Positions 10,543-20,251 of a DNA stretch of 64,000 bases are shown here, one piece after another. The translations under genes were made by a program, and so were the position numbers. The number at the start of each line of letters is the position of its first letter. Position 1 is the first letter of the stretch. This DNA is from Acidobacteriota bacterium (lineage in GTDB: Bacteria; Acidobacteriota; CAIWXX01), in the NCBI GenBank assembly GCA_040755995.1, contig JBFMAF010000035.1, positions 128,001 through 192,000 on the forward strand, given 5' to 3'. The notes under the pieces are model-generated. The model did no database searches. It saw only the letters and a program-made list of their open reading frames with translations, and was not told the DNA's origin.

Positions 10543-11432
10543 CCGCTTCGGCGCGCGCGGAGCTCGCCCCTCATCGCGGTTACTTGTTGGCGGCCGTAGC
10601 CGCGCTCTTGTGGAGCACTATGGGTCTATTCGGCAAGGGGCTGTTCGAGTACGGCGCCGCGCCGTTGACGGTGGTCGCGCTGCGGGCGACCGTGGTCTTC
10701 CTCACGCTGGCCTTGTTTGCGGGGCTGCGGGGGTGGCCGCATTTGCCGCGGGGCGACTATTTCTTCTTCGCGATCTACGGGCTTGTCGGCGTGGCCGCTC
10801 CCTATTTCTTGTTCTTCACCGCGGTTCAGTTGGTAGGCGTTGCGCTCACGACGATACTGCTCTACACATACCCGGCTTTTGTTACGCTTCTGTCGAGGGT
10901 GCTGCTGCGCGAGCGCATCACGCGATGGAAGGCGATGGCCCTGCTTAGCAGCCTGATCGGGGTTGCGCTGGTCGCCGGCATCGGCACGACTGTAGGAGTG
11001 CGTGCGGATCCCCGCGGTGTTGCCGCGGCGTTGCTCGCGGGGCTCTCAGCGTCCGTCTACTCGATCTTCGGCAAGAAGGCTGTGGAGCGGCATTCGCCGC
11101 AGACGGTGATGCTCTACTCGTGCGGGTTCGGGTCTCTGTTCCTGCTCGCAGCCCAGTTCCTGACGCTGGGGTATCCGGAACTCGCGAGGCCGGCGGCATT
11201 CTGGTGCATGCTGATGGCTCTCGCCTGGGTCTCGACGCTCGCCGGGAGCCTTGCCTACATCGCCGCCCTGGCTCGGATCGAAGCGAGCCGAGCCAGCATC
11301 ATGGCCACAATCGAGCCGGTGGCCGCCTCCGCCCTGGCCTACGTCTTTTTCCACGAGGCGCTGTCGGCGCGACAGATACTCGGGATGGCTTTGGTTGTCG
11401 GCGGGGTGATCATCGTCCGGCGTGGCCAGTAG
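10539..11432 (+). CDS. EamA/DMT family transporter
   Basis: About 10 hydrophobic helices, LLYTYPAFV and TIEPV; GTG overlaps the upstream stop. Confidence 0.9.
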   Translation: MTASARAELAPHRGYLLAAVAALLWSTMGLFGKGLFEYGAAPLTVVALRATVVFLTLALFAGLRGWPHLPRGDYFFFAIYGLVGVAAPYFLFFTAVQLVGVALTTILLYTYPAFVTLLSRVLLRERITRWKAMALLSSLIGVALVAGIGTTVGVRADPRGVAAALLAGLSASVYSIFGKKAVERHSPQTVMLYSCGFGSLFLLAAQFLTLGYPELARPAAFWCMLMALAWVSTLAGSLAYIAALARIEASRASIMATIEPVAASALAYVFFHEALSARQILGMALVVGGVIIVRRGQ

Positions 11433-11454
11433 CCGTGGGCGGGGGTCGCGCGTG

Positions 11455-13029
11455 TCAATCCTCGTTCAGTGACATCTCGACCGCAAGCAGCTTGCCGTCG
11501 AGCCTCGGGGTCCAGCGTATCCTGTCGGAGACAGCGTACAGATTCAGACGGTCGTAGAGCGGGATCAGCGGCATCTGATCGAGGACATATTGCATGAGTC
11601 GCTCGAAGTATCTCAACCGTTCTGCCTCGTTGAAGATCCCGTCGATCTCACTGATGAGCCGGTCGACGCTCGGATCCGAGAACCCGGGATTGTAGGTCCC
11701 GTACCCCTGAGCGGCATCTCGGGTATAGAGGCAATCGCGGAGGAAGCTGGTGGCGTCGCCGTTCTCGAAACGCCAACCTGAGAGGAAGAAAGGCAGACTC
11801 GCTCCCCTCCACGCTGCAACCATGACGGGCCATTCCATCCTCTCGAGCTTGACGCGAATCCCCGCCTGGCCGAGCATCTCCCGGATGATCTCGGCCGCTC
11901 GGATGCCCCAGTCTGCCGTGCTGTGCGCCAGCGTCACGTCGAGGCCGGTGCCGTAGCCTGCCTCCTGGAGCAGGAGGCGGGCCTGTCGTAGGTCGTACGG
12001 AAGCACAGGGAGTCCGGAAACATGTCCGAAGACACCCTTCTGTACGAGCTGTGTCGCGGGCGATCCCACCGCCTTGAGCCTGGCGACCAGTGCGACTCGA
12101 TCGATGGAAAGCGAAACAGCTTGACGCACGCGCTTGTCGGCGAACGGGTTCTTGGGCTGGGCGGGCAGCTGCAGCGTGTTGAGCCAGATGTAGTTGGAAG
12201 CAAGGCCGGTTCGTGCGACCACACGGATTCCTGGAATGGCCGAGACCTCGTCTCTGAAGGCCTCCGGAAGATCCCGGAGAACGTCGAGCTTCCCCTGCCT
12301 CAGGGCATCGACGCACTTCGCATCCTGTTCCACGGGCACGAATAGAACTCTCTCTGTTGCCGGTTTACCGCCCCAGTAGTCAGGGTAGGCCTCCACTTCG
12401 AGAAACCTGCCGGGCTCCCAGCGGACAAATCTATACGGGCCGGTTCCAACGGGGCCGGCGTGGGGTTGAGCGTGCGATCGGCGAGGTTCTATCAGCACGT
12501 ACGTCAGTCGTTCGATCAGCAGCGGGTCGGGTTTCGCTGTTGCCAGCCTGAGGATCGTGTCATCGATGACATCGACCTCCTCGATGCTCCACAGTTGTCC
12601 CGACACCCTGGATGCCGGGTCGCTCTTGGCCCGATCGAGCGTGTACTTGACATCGGCCGACGTGAGCGGGCGGCCGTCGTGAAAACGCACCCCCGGCCGC
12701 ACATGTATCATCCATGTGTTGGAGCTCGGTGTGCTCCAACTGACCGCCAGCGCCGGTATCAGGCGCATGTCTTTGTCGAAAGTGGCCAGGGGCTCGAAGA
12801 TGTTGGACAGAATCGAGTTCGTCGCAGCTTCTTGAACGGCCACCGGATCCAGCGAGAGAACGTCGGACTCGTGACCGATCCGGATTGGGCTCGGCGAAGA
12901 TGCCCTGCGACAGCTGGTGAGGCCGAGGAGTACGATCACCAGCGTCAGGCACGACGTGCATCGCAGCCGTCTCCGTTCCAGACCTCGACCGCCGGTTGGT
13001 GTGACCAGGTACGTGCGCGAGCCGAGCAT
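11455..13029 (-). CDS. ABC transporter substrate-binding lipoprotein, family 5 (peptide/nickel)
   Basis: SLDP, IFEPL, PALA, GVRFHDG..LTSADVKYT, PVGTGPY, NPFADKRVRQA; lipobox LTSC. Confidence 0.9.
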   Translation of the reverse strand: MLGSRTYLVTPTGGRGLERRRLRCTSCLTLVIVLLGLTSCRRASSPSPIRIGHESDVLSLDPVAVQEAATNSILSNIFEPLATFDKDMRLIPALAVSWSTPSSNTWMIHVRPGVRFHDGRPLTSADVKYTLDRAKSDPASRVSGQLWSIEEVDVIDDTILRLATAKPDPLLIERLTYVLIEPRRSHAQPHAGPVGTGPYRFVRWEPGRFLEVEAYPDYWGGKPATERVLFVPVEQDAKCVDALRQGKLDVLRDLPEAFRDEVSAIPGIRVVARTGLASNYIWLNTLQLPAQPKNPFADKRVRQAVSLSIDRVALVARLKAVGSPATQLVQKGVFGHVSGLPVLPYDLRQARLLLQEAGYGTGLDVTLAHSTADWGIRAAEIIREMLGQAGIRVKLERMEWPVMVAAWRGASLPFFLSGWRFENGDATSFLRDCLYTRDAAQGYGTYNPGFSDPSVDRLISEIDGIFNEAERLRYFERLMQYVLDQMPLIPLYDRLNLYAVSDRIRWTPRLDGKLLAVEMSLNED

Positions 13030-13035
13030 GAGGTA

Positions 13036-13064
13036 CGTATAAGGCTCGGGACGCGGCGTGTCAA
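13036..13064 (-). promoter_or_regulatory. Putative promoter giving a leaderless transcript of the SBP gene
   Basis: TTGACA-N17-TATACG, with ATG 6 nt downstream and no Shine-Dalgarno. Confidence 0.5.
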
Positions 13065-13100
13065 ATCGGCGATCCAGCGGTCCCGCGGTGCCCCGCCACG

Positions 13101-13760
13101 CTACGGCGTTTCGACAAGCAGCTTGATCCCAGCTGCCACGTACTGTACTCCGATGCAGATCATCAACAGCCCCACGATCCTCGACATCGCCTCCATTCCC
13201 TGCGCCCCCAGCGATCGATTGATCCTCACCGAGGCCTTGAGGATCACCGCGGTCAACAGCGAGACGGTCGCAATCGCCGCCAGTGTGATCACGTAGCCGG
13301 CGATCTTCTCGTGGATCGACGTGCGCTCCGCGATGTGCGTCGAGACGCCGATGATCATGGCGATCGTGCCCGCGCCGCTGAGAGTCGGCAGCGCTAATGG
13401 GATGAACGCGTAGTCGCGCTTCCCGCTCGGCTGCGATGCCGGCGCCGACCCCTTGGGTGTCGGGAAAAGCATACCGAAGCCCAGGTAGGCGACAATGAGT
13501 CCGCCGGCTACGCGGAGCGCACCCACCGAGATCCCGAAAAACCACAGCAGGGCATCTCCCAGGAACAGGCAGAACGTCATGATGATCGCCGTGTACCACG
13601 ATGCGCGCACCGCCTGCTGTCTTCGTTCCGCGTCGCTCATATCGGAGGTCAGCGATAGCAGCAGCGGTATGGCGCCGAACGGATTGAGCATCGGGAAGAA
13701 CGAGGCAACGGCCAGGAAGTAGTACTTCACCGCCGTGAGCGCATAATCCTCAAACGTCAC
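13101..13760 (-). CDS. MarC family membrane protein
   Basis: NPFGAIP, RVAGG, AFIPLALP, SRIVGLLMICIGVQ. Confidence 0.92.
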   Translation of the reverse strand: MTFEDYALTAVKYYFLAVASFFPMLNPFGAIPLLLSLTSDMSDAERRQQAVRASWYTAIIMTFCLFLGDALLWFFGISVGALRVAGGLIVAYLGFGMLFPTPKGSAPASQPSGKRDYAFIPLALPTLSGAGTIAMIIGVSTHIAERTSIHEKIAGYVITLAAIATVSLLTAVILKASVRINRSLGAQGMEAMSRIVGLLMICIGVQYVAAGIKLLVETP

Positions 13761-13776
13761 GGCTCACCTACTTAGA

Positions 13777-13825
13777 GGTTCAAGGTTCCCGGTTCAAGGT
13801 TCCCGGTTCAAGGTTCCCGGTTCCC
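13777..13825. repeat. GGTTCMM heptamer tandem repeat (7 units)
   Basis: (GGTTCAA GGTTCCC)x3 + GGTTCCC; overlaps the last codons and stop of the efflux outer-membrane gene. Confidence 0.85.
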
Positions 13826-15242
13826 GCGTCGGTTCCGGCGTCACCGGCTGAGTCTGCGACTCGCGCGGCTGCCACCCGCCGCCGAGCGCCTTGTAGAGTT
13901 GAACGAAGTTGACCTGGCGTTCCCGTTGCGCCTGAGACAGCGAGATCTCGGCCGGGAAGAGCTCCAGCATTGCGTCGATCACTTCGAAGTAGCTTGAAAG
14001 CCCGGCCAGGTATCGCGCGTTCACCAGCCTCACGGCCTCCTGATAGGCGGCCACCTCCTCGGCTCTCCACCTCTCGGCCTCCGCGATCTTCTGGTTCGCC
14101 ACCAGATACGTCGCCACCTCGGCGAACGCGTTGTTGACCGCGCGCTCATGCGCGACCTTCGCCTCTTCCCACTGGGCCTTCGCGACTTCCTCCTGTCGCT
14201 TCAATGCCCCGCCCTGGAATATCGGCCCGAGCAACCCTGCCGAGACGGACCAGGTCTTGCCCTTGCCCAGGAGCTCCGAGAGCTCCGGGCTGACGCCTCC
14301 GAGCATGCCGGTCAGCGATACTTTCGGAAAGTAGCTCGCCACGGCGACGCCCACGTTGGCGTTGGCGGAGATCAGCGTCTGTTCGGCCTGTCGCACATCC
14401 GGCCGGCGCTCCAGCAGCGACGCCGGCAGTCCGGCCGGAATGGAGACAGGGATAGCTGCGCCGTCAGCGGGCCGGCGGGGGACCGGACCCGGCGGGCGCC
14501 CGAGCAGCAGCGAAAGCTGGTTTTCGAGCGCGGCGATCTGGCGTTCGATCTCAGGAATCTGGGCGGCGACGTCGTCGCGAGACGCTTTGGCGCGCGCTGT
14601 CTCCAGTCCCGACGCTACGCCCTGCTCCAGTCGACGCTGGAAAAGGTCGAGCGTCTCCTGGAACGCGATGTGAGTGCGACGGGCGATGTCGAGCTCGCGG
14701 TCCAGGTCGCAGAGCTGGAAGTACTCTGAGGCGACTTCCGCCACGAGCGACAGCATCACTCCGCGACGCGCCTCCTCCGTGGCCAGGTACTCCGCCCGCG
14801 CTGATTCATTGAGCCGGCGGATTCGTCCCCATACATCGATCTCCCAGGAGAGCCCGACGTCGGCCTGGTAGCTTGTTGCGGCCTCGCCTCTTGCCAAAGG
14901 CGCCACGTACTCTGACTGGCGCGACCGGGCCGCCGCTGCGGAGTAGTCGATCTGCGGAAAATACTGCGAGCGCGTGATCCCGGCGCGCGCACGCGCCTCT
15001 TCCACCCGCCACGCGGCGATCCTGGCGTCGTATCCGTTGCGGAGCGCTTCGTCGATCAGCTCGTTGAGCGTGTCGTCTCCGAAGATCTCCCACCAGGGCC
15101 TGTCGGCAAGCGACTCGGGAGAAGGGACGCCTTCGAGGCTGCGGAAGTTCGCGGGCGGCCGGACATCCGGGCGGTGGTAGTTCGGCCCCACTGCACAGCC
15201 GGCGGCGCACATGATCAGAATCACGAGTGCCAGGCGTCTCAT
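13794..15242 (-). CDS. RND efflux outer-membrane factor lipoprotein (NodT/OprM family)
   Basis: Lipobox AAGC-AVGPNYHRP, WWEIFGD, WEIDVWG, PASLLERRPDV, LYKALGGGW. Confidence 0.95.
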   Translation of the reverse strand: MRRLALVILIMCAAGCAVGPNYHRPDVRPPANFRSLEGVPSPESLADRPWWEIFGDDTLNELIDEALRNGYDARIAAWRVEEARARAGITRSQYFPQIDYSAAAARSRQSEYVAPLARGEAATSYQADVGLSWEIDVWGRIRRLNESARAEYLATEEARRGVMLSLVAEVASEYFQLCDLDRELDIARRTHIAFQETLDLFQRRLEQGVASGLETARAKASRDDVAAQIPEIERQIAALENQLSLLLGRPPGPVPRRPADGAAIPVSIPAGLPASLLERRPDVRQAEQTLISANANVGVAVASYFPKVSLTGMLGGVSPELSELLGKGKTWSVSAGLLGPIFQGGALKRQEEVAKAQWEEAKVAHERAVNNAFAEVATYLVANQKIAEAERWRAEEVAAYQEAVRLVNARYLAGLSSYFEVIDAMLELFPAEISLSQAQRERQVNFVQLYKALGGGWQPRESQTQPVTPEPTREPGTLNREP

Positions 15243-15243
15243 C

Positions 15244-18200
15244 TCAGTGCCCTCCTTCCGCCTGGGCCGCAGGCCCGGCGGGCGCCTCCGCGGCATGGTG
15301 TTTCTTCTCGGCGCCCGAGATCCTCTCGACCACGACGAAGAGGACCGGAATGATGAAGATCGCGATCATCGTGGCCACGAGCATTCCTGAAATGACCACC
15401 GTCCCCAGGATACGGCGCGCGTGCGCGCCGGCTCCGAATGCGATCCAGAGCGGCACGCAGCCGAGGATGAAGGCGAAGGAGGTCATGAGGATCGGCCGCA
15501 AGCGGAGCTTCGCGCCCTCCAGCGCGGCATCCACCAGGCTGCGTCCCTCTTCGAACCCTGCCTTGGCGAACTCAACGATCAGGATGGCGTTCTTGGCTGC
15601 CAGCCCGATGAGCATGATGAGGCCGATCTGGGCGAAGACGTTCAGATCGAAGTTTCTGAGCCACAGCCCGAGGAACGCGCCGAACACGGCTATAGGCACC
15701 GACAGCAGGACTGAGAAGGGCAGCGACCAGCTCTCGTACAGCGCCGCGAGAATGAGGAACACGAACACGAGCGAGAGCGCGAAGATGAGCCCCGCCGTGC
15801 CCGCGGCTTTCTTCTCCTGGTACGAGAGATCCGCCCAATCGTAGCCGATCTCTTGAGGCAGGACCTCTCTGGCGACTTCCTCGAGCGCGTTCATAGCCTG
15901 ACCTGAGCTATAGCCGGGCGAGGCGTTACCGGTGATCTGCGCGGCGCGGTAGAGGTTGAAGCGGTTGGTGTACTCAGGCCCTGCGATCCTGCTGGGGAAT
16001 ACCAGGGTCGAAAGCGGCACCATATCCCCGTCGTTGTTACGGACGTAGAACGTCCCGATGTCGCTGTCGGCCACGCGGTCCTCGGCTTCGGCCTGCAGAA
16101 AGACCTTCCATTGGCGGCCGAAACGATTGAACTGGTTTATGTATAGACTGCCGAGGAAGGCTTGCAGCGTCTGGTAGACGTCGCCCACGGCGATGCCCTG
16201 TTTGAGAACCTTATCGCGGTCCACCTCCGCGTAGACCTGCGGCACAGCCGGCCGGAAAAGGCAGATCACGCCGCTGAGCTCCGGGCGCTTCTGGCAGGCT
16301 TCCAGGAACTTCTGAACGTTCTGATCGAGGAAATTCACCGACCCGCCGCTTCGATCCTGCAGCCAGAAGGAGAACCCGCCGGACTGTCCGAGCCCGGGGA
16401 TGGCAGGTGGAGGGAATGGGAATGCGCGGGCCTCCACGATCTGCTCCGCGAACTCCTGGTTGAGGCGTTTCATGATGGATGAGATCAACAGCGCGCGGCT
16501 CTTCCGTTCGTCCCACGGCTTGAGGGCCACGAAGTAGAACGCGGTGTACGTGGCCGAAGTACTGGTGAGCATGCTGTAGCCGCCGATGGTGTTGTAGTAC
16601 TCGACCCCCTGGGTCTTTTCCATGATCGACTCGATCTTCCGGCAGACCGCATCGGTGCGCTGCAGCGAGGCTCCGTCTGGCAGCTGGACGTTCACGAAGA
16701 AGTACCCGTTGTCCTCCATTGGGATGAAGCTGCTGGGCAGGATCTCGCCGAGCCCACCGGCGGCCAACAGGAAGCCCAGCAGGATTGCCAGTCCGACCAG
16801 GCTCTTGCGAATGAGGCCATGGCTGATGTCTACGTAGCGGCGAGTCATCCGCTCGAACCAGCGGTTGAATCCGCCAAAGGCCCGCCCGAAGAATCCTCGC
16901 GCTTCTTTCCGCGGCCGGAGGAGCATGGCGGAGAGCGCCGGGGAAAGGGTGAGCGCGTTGAAAGCGGAGATCAGCACCGAAATCGCGATGGTCACTGCGA
17001 ACTGTTTGTTCAGCCGCCCCTGGATCCCGCTCATGAACGCGACCGGGATGAACACGGAGGACAGGATGAGGGCGATGCCGATCACGGGTCCCGAGACCTC
17101 TTCCATGGCCTTGAACGTAGCTTCGCGGGGCGACATGCCCTGTTCGATGTGATGTTCGACCGCTTCCACCACGACGATCGCGTCATCCACGACAAGGCCG
17201 ATGGCCAGCACAAGTCCAAACAGCGACAGGGTGTTGATGGAGAATCCCAGCAACGGGAACACAGCGAACGTGCCGACGAGCGATACCGGCACGGCGATCA
17301 TCGGAATCAGCGTGGCGCGCCAGTTTTGCAAGAAGAGGAACACGACCAGCAGGACCAGCACGAGAGCCTCGAACAGCGTCGTGACGATCTCGCGGATGCC
17401 CTCGGTGACCGGAAGGGTCGTGTCGAGCGAGATAGCATAGTCGAGATCGTCCGGGAAGCGATCCTTGAGCTCCGCGATTGTCTTCTTGATCTCATCGGCC
17501 ACGGCCAGTGCATTCGACCCCGGGGCCTGGTAGACTGCGATGATGCAGGCGGGCTTGCCGTTCATGCGGGCAATGTTCGTGTAGATGAGCGCCCCGAGCT
17601 CGATGCGTGCCACGTCCTTCAGGCGTACGATCGACCCATCCGGGTTCAAGCGCACGACGATCTCCCCGAACTCCTCGGCCTTGACCAGGCGTCCCTGCGC
17701 CCGCACTGTGTAAGTGAACTCCTGGCCCGGCGGCGCCGGTTCTGCACCCACCCTCCCCGCCGGGTTCACGTTGCTCTGCTCCTTGACGGCCTTGACGAGG
17801 TCCGGGACGGTGAAGCCGAGCTTGGCGAGGCGGTCGGGTTTGACCCAGATGCGCATCGCGTAGTCGGCTGCACCGTAGTTGGTGACCTGGCCTACGCCTC
17901 TCACGCGGTAGAGGGTGTCATTGATGTTGATCGTGGCGTAGTTACCCAGAAACAGCGCGTCATGCGAGCCCTTGGGTGAGTAGAGCGAAATCAGGAGCAG
18001 CGGCAGTCCCATGGACTTCTTGACGGTGACGCCGTACTGGTTGACGTCGCTCGGCAGATTAGGTGACGCCTGCGACACCCGGTTCTGCGTATTGACCTGG
18101 TCCATGTCGACGTCCGTCTCGAGATCGAAGGTGACTCGCAGGCTCAGGGTCCCGTCGTTGGCGTTGGTGGACTGCATGTAAAGCATGTTGTCGACACCGT

Positions 18201-18408
18201 TCATCTGCTGTTCGAGCGGCGCGGCGACTGACTGCTCGATGGTGACCGCGTCGGCTCCGGTGTAAGTGGTCGACACCAGGATCTGCGGCGGCACGATGTC
18301 GGGATACTGCGCGATGGGCAGCCCGGTCATCGAGACCAGCCCGGCGATGAGGAACACGATAGAGATGACGATGGCGACGATTGGCCGGTTGATGAAGAAC
18401 TTCGCCAC
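15244..18408 (-). CDS. HAE1 family RND multidrug efflux permease
   Basis: FFINRP, LPIAQYP, IGLVVDDAIVVVE, KNAILIVEFA, RLRPILMTS; start GTG at 18408. Confidence 0.96.
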   Translation of the reverse strand: MAKFFINRPIVAIVISIVFLIAGLVSMTGLPIAQYPDIVPPQILVSTTYTGADAVTIEQSVAAPLEQQMNGVDNMLYMQSTNANDGTLSLRVTFDLETDVDMDQVNTQNRVSQASPNLPSDVNQYGVTVKKSMGLPLLLISLYSPKGSHDALFLGNYATININDTLYRVRGVGQVTNYGAADYAMRIWVKPDRLAKLGFTVPDLVKAVKEQSNVNPAGRVGAEPAPPGQEFTYTVRAQGRLVKAEEFGEIVVRLNPDGSIVRLKDVARIELGALIYTNIARMNGKPACIIAVYQAPGSNALAVADEIKKTIAELKDRFPDDLDYAISLDTTLPVTEGIREIVTTLFEALVLVLLVVFLFLQNWRATLIPMIAVPVSLVGTFAVFPLLGFSINTLSLFGLVLAIGLVVDDAIVVVEAVEHHIEQGMSPREATFKAMEEVSGPVIGIALILSSVFIPVAFMSGIQGRLNKQFAVTIAISVLISAFNALTLSPALSAMLLRPRKEARGFFGRAFGGFNRWFERMTRRYVDISHGLIRKSLVGLAILLGFLLAAGGLGEILPSSFIPMEDNGYFFVNVQLPDGASLQRTDAVCRKIESIMEKTQGVEYYNTIGGYSMLTSTSATYTAFYFVALKPWDERKSRALLISSIMKRLNQEFAEQIVEARAFPFPPPAIPGLGQSGGFSFWLQDRSGGSVNFLDQNVQKFLEACQKRPELSGVICLFRPAVPQVYAEVDRDKVLKQGIAVGDVYQTLQAFLGSLYINQFNRFGRQWKVFLQAEAEDRVADSDIGTFYVRNNDGDMVPLSTLVFPSRIAGPEYTNRFNLYRAAQITGNASPGYSSGQAMNALEEVAREVLPQEIGYDWADLSYQEKKAAGTAGLIFALSLVFVFLILAALYESWSLPFSVLLSVPIAVFGAFLGLWLRNFDLNVFAQIGLIMLIGLAAKNAILIVEFAKAGFEEGRSLVDAALEGAKLRLRPILMTSFAFILGCVPLWIAFGAGAHARRILGTVVISGMLVATMIAIFIIPVLFVVVERISGAEKKHHAAEAPAGPAAQAEGGH

Positions 18409-18412
18409 TGTC

Positions 18413-19585
18413 CTATCTCCCGGCAGCGGCCTGTTGGTTGGGCTCCTGCGCATCCGGCTCGACGGGCGCGGGCTTGGGCGAGACCTTCATCCCGGTCTTC
18501 ACCCGCTGTATGCCCTCGACCACCACCTGGTCTCCGGCATTCAGGCCTTCGTCGATGACCCACAGGCGGCCCGCCTGCTCGGCCGGCTTCACCACAACGG
18601 TCGTGGCGGTGTCGTCAGGCCCGACCACCACGATCGTATAGGCCCCCTGCAACTCCGAGACCGCGCGCTGCGGTACGAGGAGCGCGCCTTTCTTGACGTT
18701 TGTCACCGCCCGCAGCTTCGCATACTGGCCGGGTCGGAGGATGTTATTCGGGTTGGGGAACTCGGCGGCGAGCGTGATCGTCCCGGTCTTCACGTTGACC
18801 TGCCGGTCGGTTAGGATCGGCCTTCCCTTGTGCGGATAGATGGTGCCGTCTTCAAACACGAGATCCATTGGGAGATCCCGAATTTGCTTCGAACCCGTGC
18901 TGATAAGCTCGGCAATCCTCATGTATCCCTGTTCGCTGATACTGAAGTACACCTTGATGGGATCGACAGTCGAGACCGTGGTCATCAAGACCGAGCCATC
19001 GACAAGGTCGCCCACCTGTGCCTTGGCGATCCCCGCGACACCGTCGATGGGCGAGGCGACCAAGGACCAGCCCAGGTTGAGCTGGGCTTGGTCGACAGCG
19101 GCCTGCGCCGAATCCACGTCTGCTTTGGCTGACCGCTGGCGGGTCAGGGCGTCATCCAGCTCCTGCTGACTAATGGCTTTCTCTGCCGCGAGCGGCGTGT
19201 ATCGGGCCACGTCGAGATTGGCTTTGTCCAGAGAAGCCTGGGCCCGAACCAGACTGCCCTGCGCCTGTTGCAGAGCCGCCTCGAACTGCCGCGGGTCGAT
19301 CTGAAACAGCGGCTGCCCCTTGGTGACACGTCCTCCCTCGTCGTATAGCTGCTTCAGCAGGTAGCCCGCGACCTTCGGCCGTATCTCCGCGTTCACGAAT
19401 CCATCGGTCGTACCGATCCACTCGTGGTAGACCGGGACATCCTGCTGGATCACACGAGTCACGAGGACTTCGGGCGGAGGCCCCTCGGCCGCGGGCGGCT
19501 TCTTCTCGCAGCCCACCACCGCCAGGCACGCCAGGCCGACGGCCGGCACCACCACCATTCCCAGGTTGCCCCTCTTTGTCGCCAT
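18413..19585 (-). CDS. RND efflux periplasmic adaptor (MFP)
   Basis: Lipobox VVGC, EIRPKVAG, LFQIDP, SPIDG, LRPGQY, LLVPQRAV. Confidence 0.95.
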   Translation of the reverse strand: MATKRGNLGMVVVPAVGLACLAVVGCEKKPPAAEGPPPEVLVTRVIQQDVPVYHEWIGTTDGFVNAEIRPKVAGYLLKQLYDEGGRVTKGQPLFQIDPRQFEAALQQAQGSLVRAQASLDKANLDVARYTPLAAEKAISQQELDDALTRQRSAKADVDSAQAAVDQAQLNLGWSLVASPIDGVAGIAKAQVGDLVDGSVLMTTVSTVDPIKVYFSISEQGYMRIAELISTGSKQIRDLPMDLVFEDGTIYPHKGRPILTDRQVNVKTGTITLAAEFPNPNNILRPGQYAKLRAVTNVKKGALLVPQRAVSELQGAYTIVVVGPDDTATTVVVKPAEQAGRLWVIDEGLNAGDQVVVEGIQRVKTGMKVSPKPAPVEPDAQEPNQQAAAGR

Positions 19586-19724
19586 GGTCACAATGATCCT
19601 CCTTACCCTCCGAGCGAGGACGCCGGACCCGCGCCCTCCTGCTGTCCCCGTCTCTAAGATCTGGTTGGGGGCGATCTGCCCCGAAGAAGCTGTCGACCAG
19701 AGTCGTACGATCACCGTGCTGCCG

Positions 19725-19754
19725 ACAATAATGCAGCGCTTACCACGCTGTCAA
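19725..19754 (-). promoter_or_regulatory. Putative promoter of the RND operon with a spacer palindrome
   Basis: TTGACA-N18-TATTGT; CAGCG-N7-CGCTG inverted repeat at 19734-19750. Confidence 0.45.
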
Positions 19755-19942
19755 GGATGCTGGCGAGGTCGCGAGGCCGAGGTCGCGAGACCGGACTCAC
19801 CCGGATGCCAGTTCTGGCGCACGGTCAGGTCGCGAAATGCCATCGGGGGTATCAAGTGCACCGTTCGCGCGCGCGCTCCGGGTTCAACAGCCTCCGCGCA
19901 AACTCGATGACGTCGCCATCCAGCGACCCAGCGAGGCGTGGC

Positions 19943-19971
19943 TTGATTTTCCGGCATCCGCCCGATATAGT
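19943..19971 (+). promoter_or_regulatory. Putative sigma70 promoter of rpmE-prfA-prmC
   Basis: TTGATT-N17-TATAGT. Confidence 0.6.
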
Positions 19972-19999
19972 TATGCTTCCTTTGAAAGGGGGGTTTCGG

Positions 20000-20215
20000 T
20001 TGAAGAAGGACATTCATCCGACGTATTACGAAAACGTCACGGCTCGTTGCGCGTGTGGTGAGACTTGGGTCACGCGGTCCACCAAGCAAGAGCTGAAGCT
20101 CGAGATCTGCTCGAAGTGCCACCCGTTCTTCACCGGCCGCCAGAAGTTGATCGATACGGCAGGCCGCGTCGAACGTTTCCAGCGCAAGTACGCTCGCTCG
20201 AAGAAACCCAGCTAA
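20000..20215 (+). CDS. rpmE: 50S ribosomal protein L31 (Zn-binding C+ type)
   Basis: TTG start; [30 protein letters not shown]. Confidence 0.96.
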   Translation: MKKDIHPTYYENVTARCACGETWVTRSTKQELKLEICSKCHPFFTGRQKLIDTAGRVERFQRKYARSKKPS

Positions 20216-20251
20216 CTGATCTCCCAGGGTCCTCACCTCTAAGGTATTCCC

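Noticed and set aside
13030..13599. 190-aa N-terminal extension of the SBP in the ORF track
   Set aside because: It overlaps marC on the same strand in another frame; the promoter and lipobox point to a start near 13029.
13777..13825. Tandem repeats as a CRISPR array
   Set aside because: Units are 7-14 nt with no spacers, and no cas genes are present.
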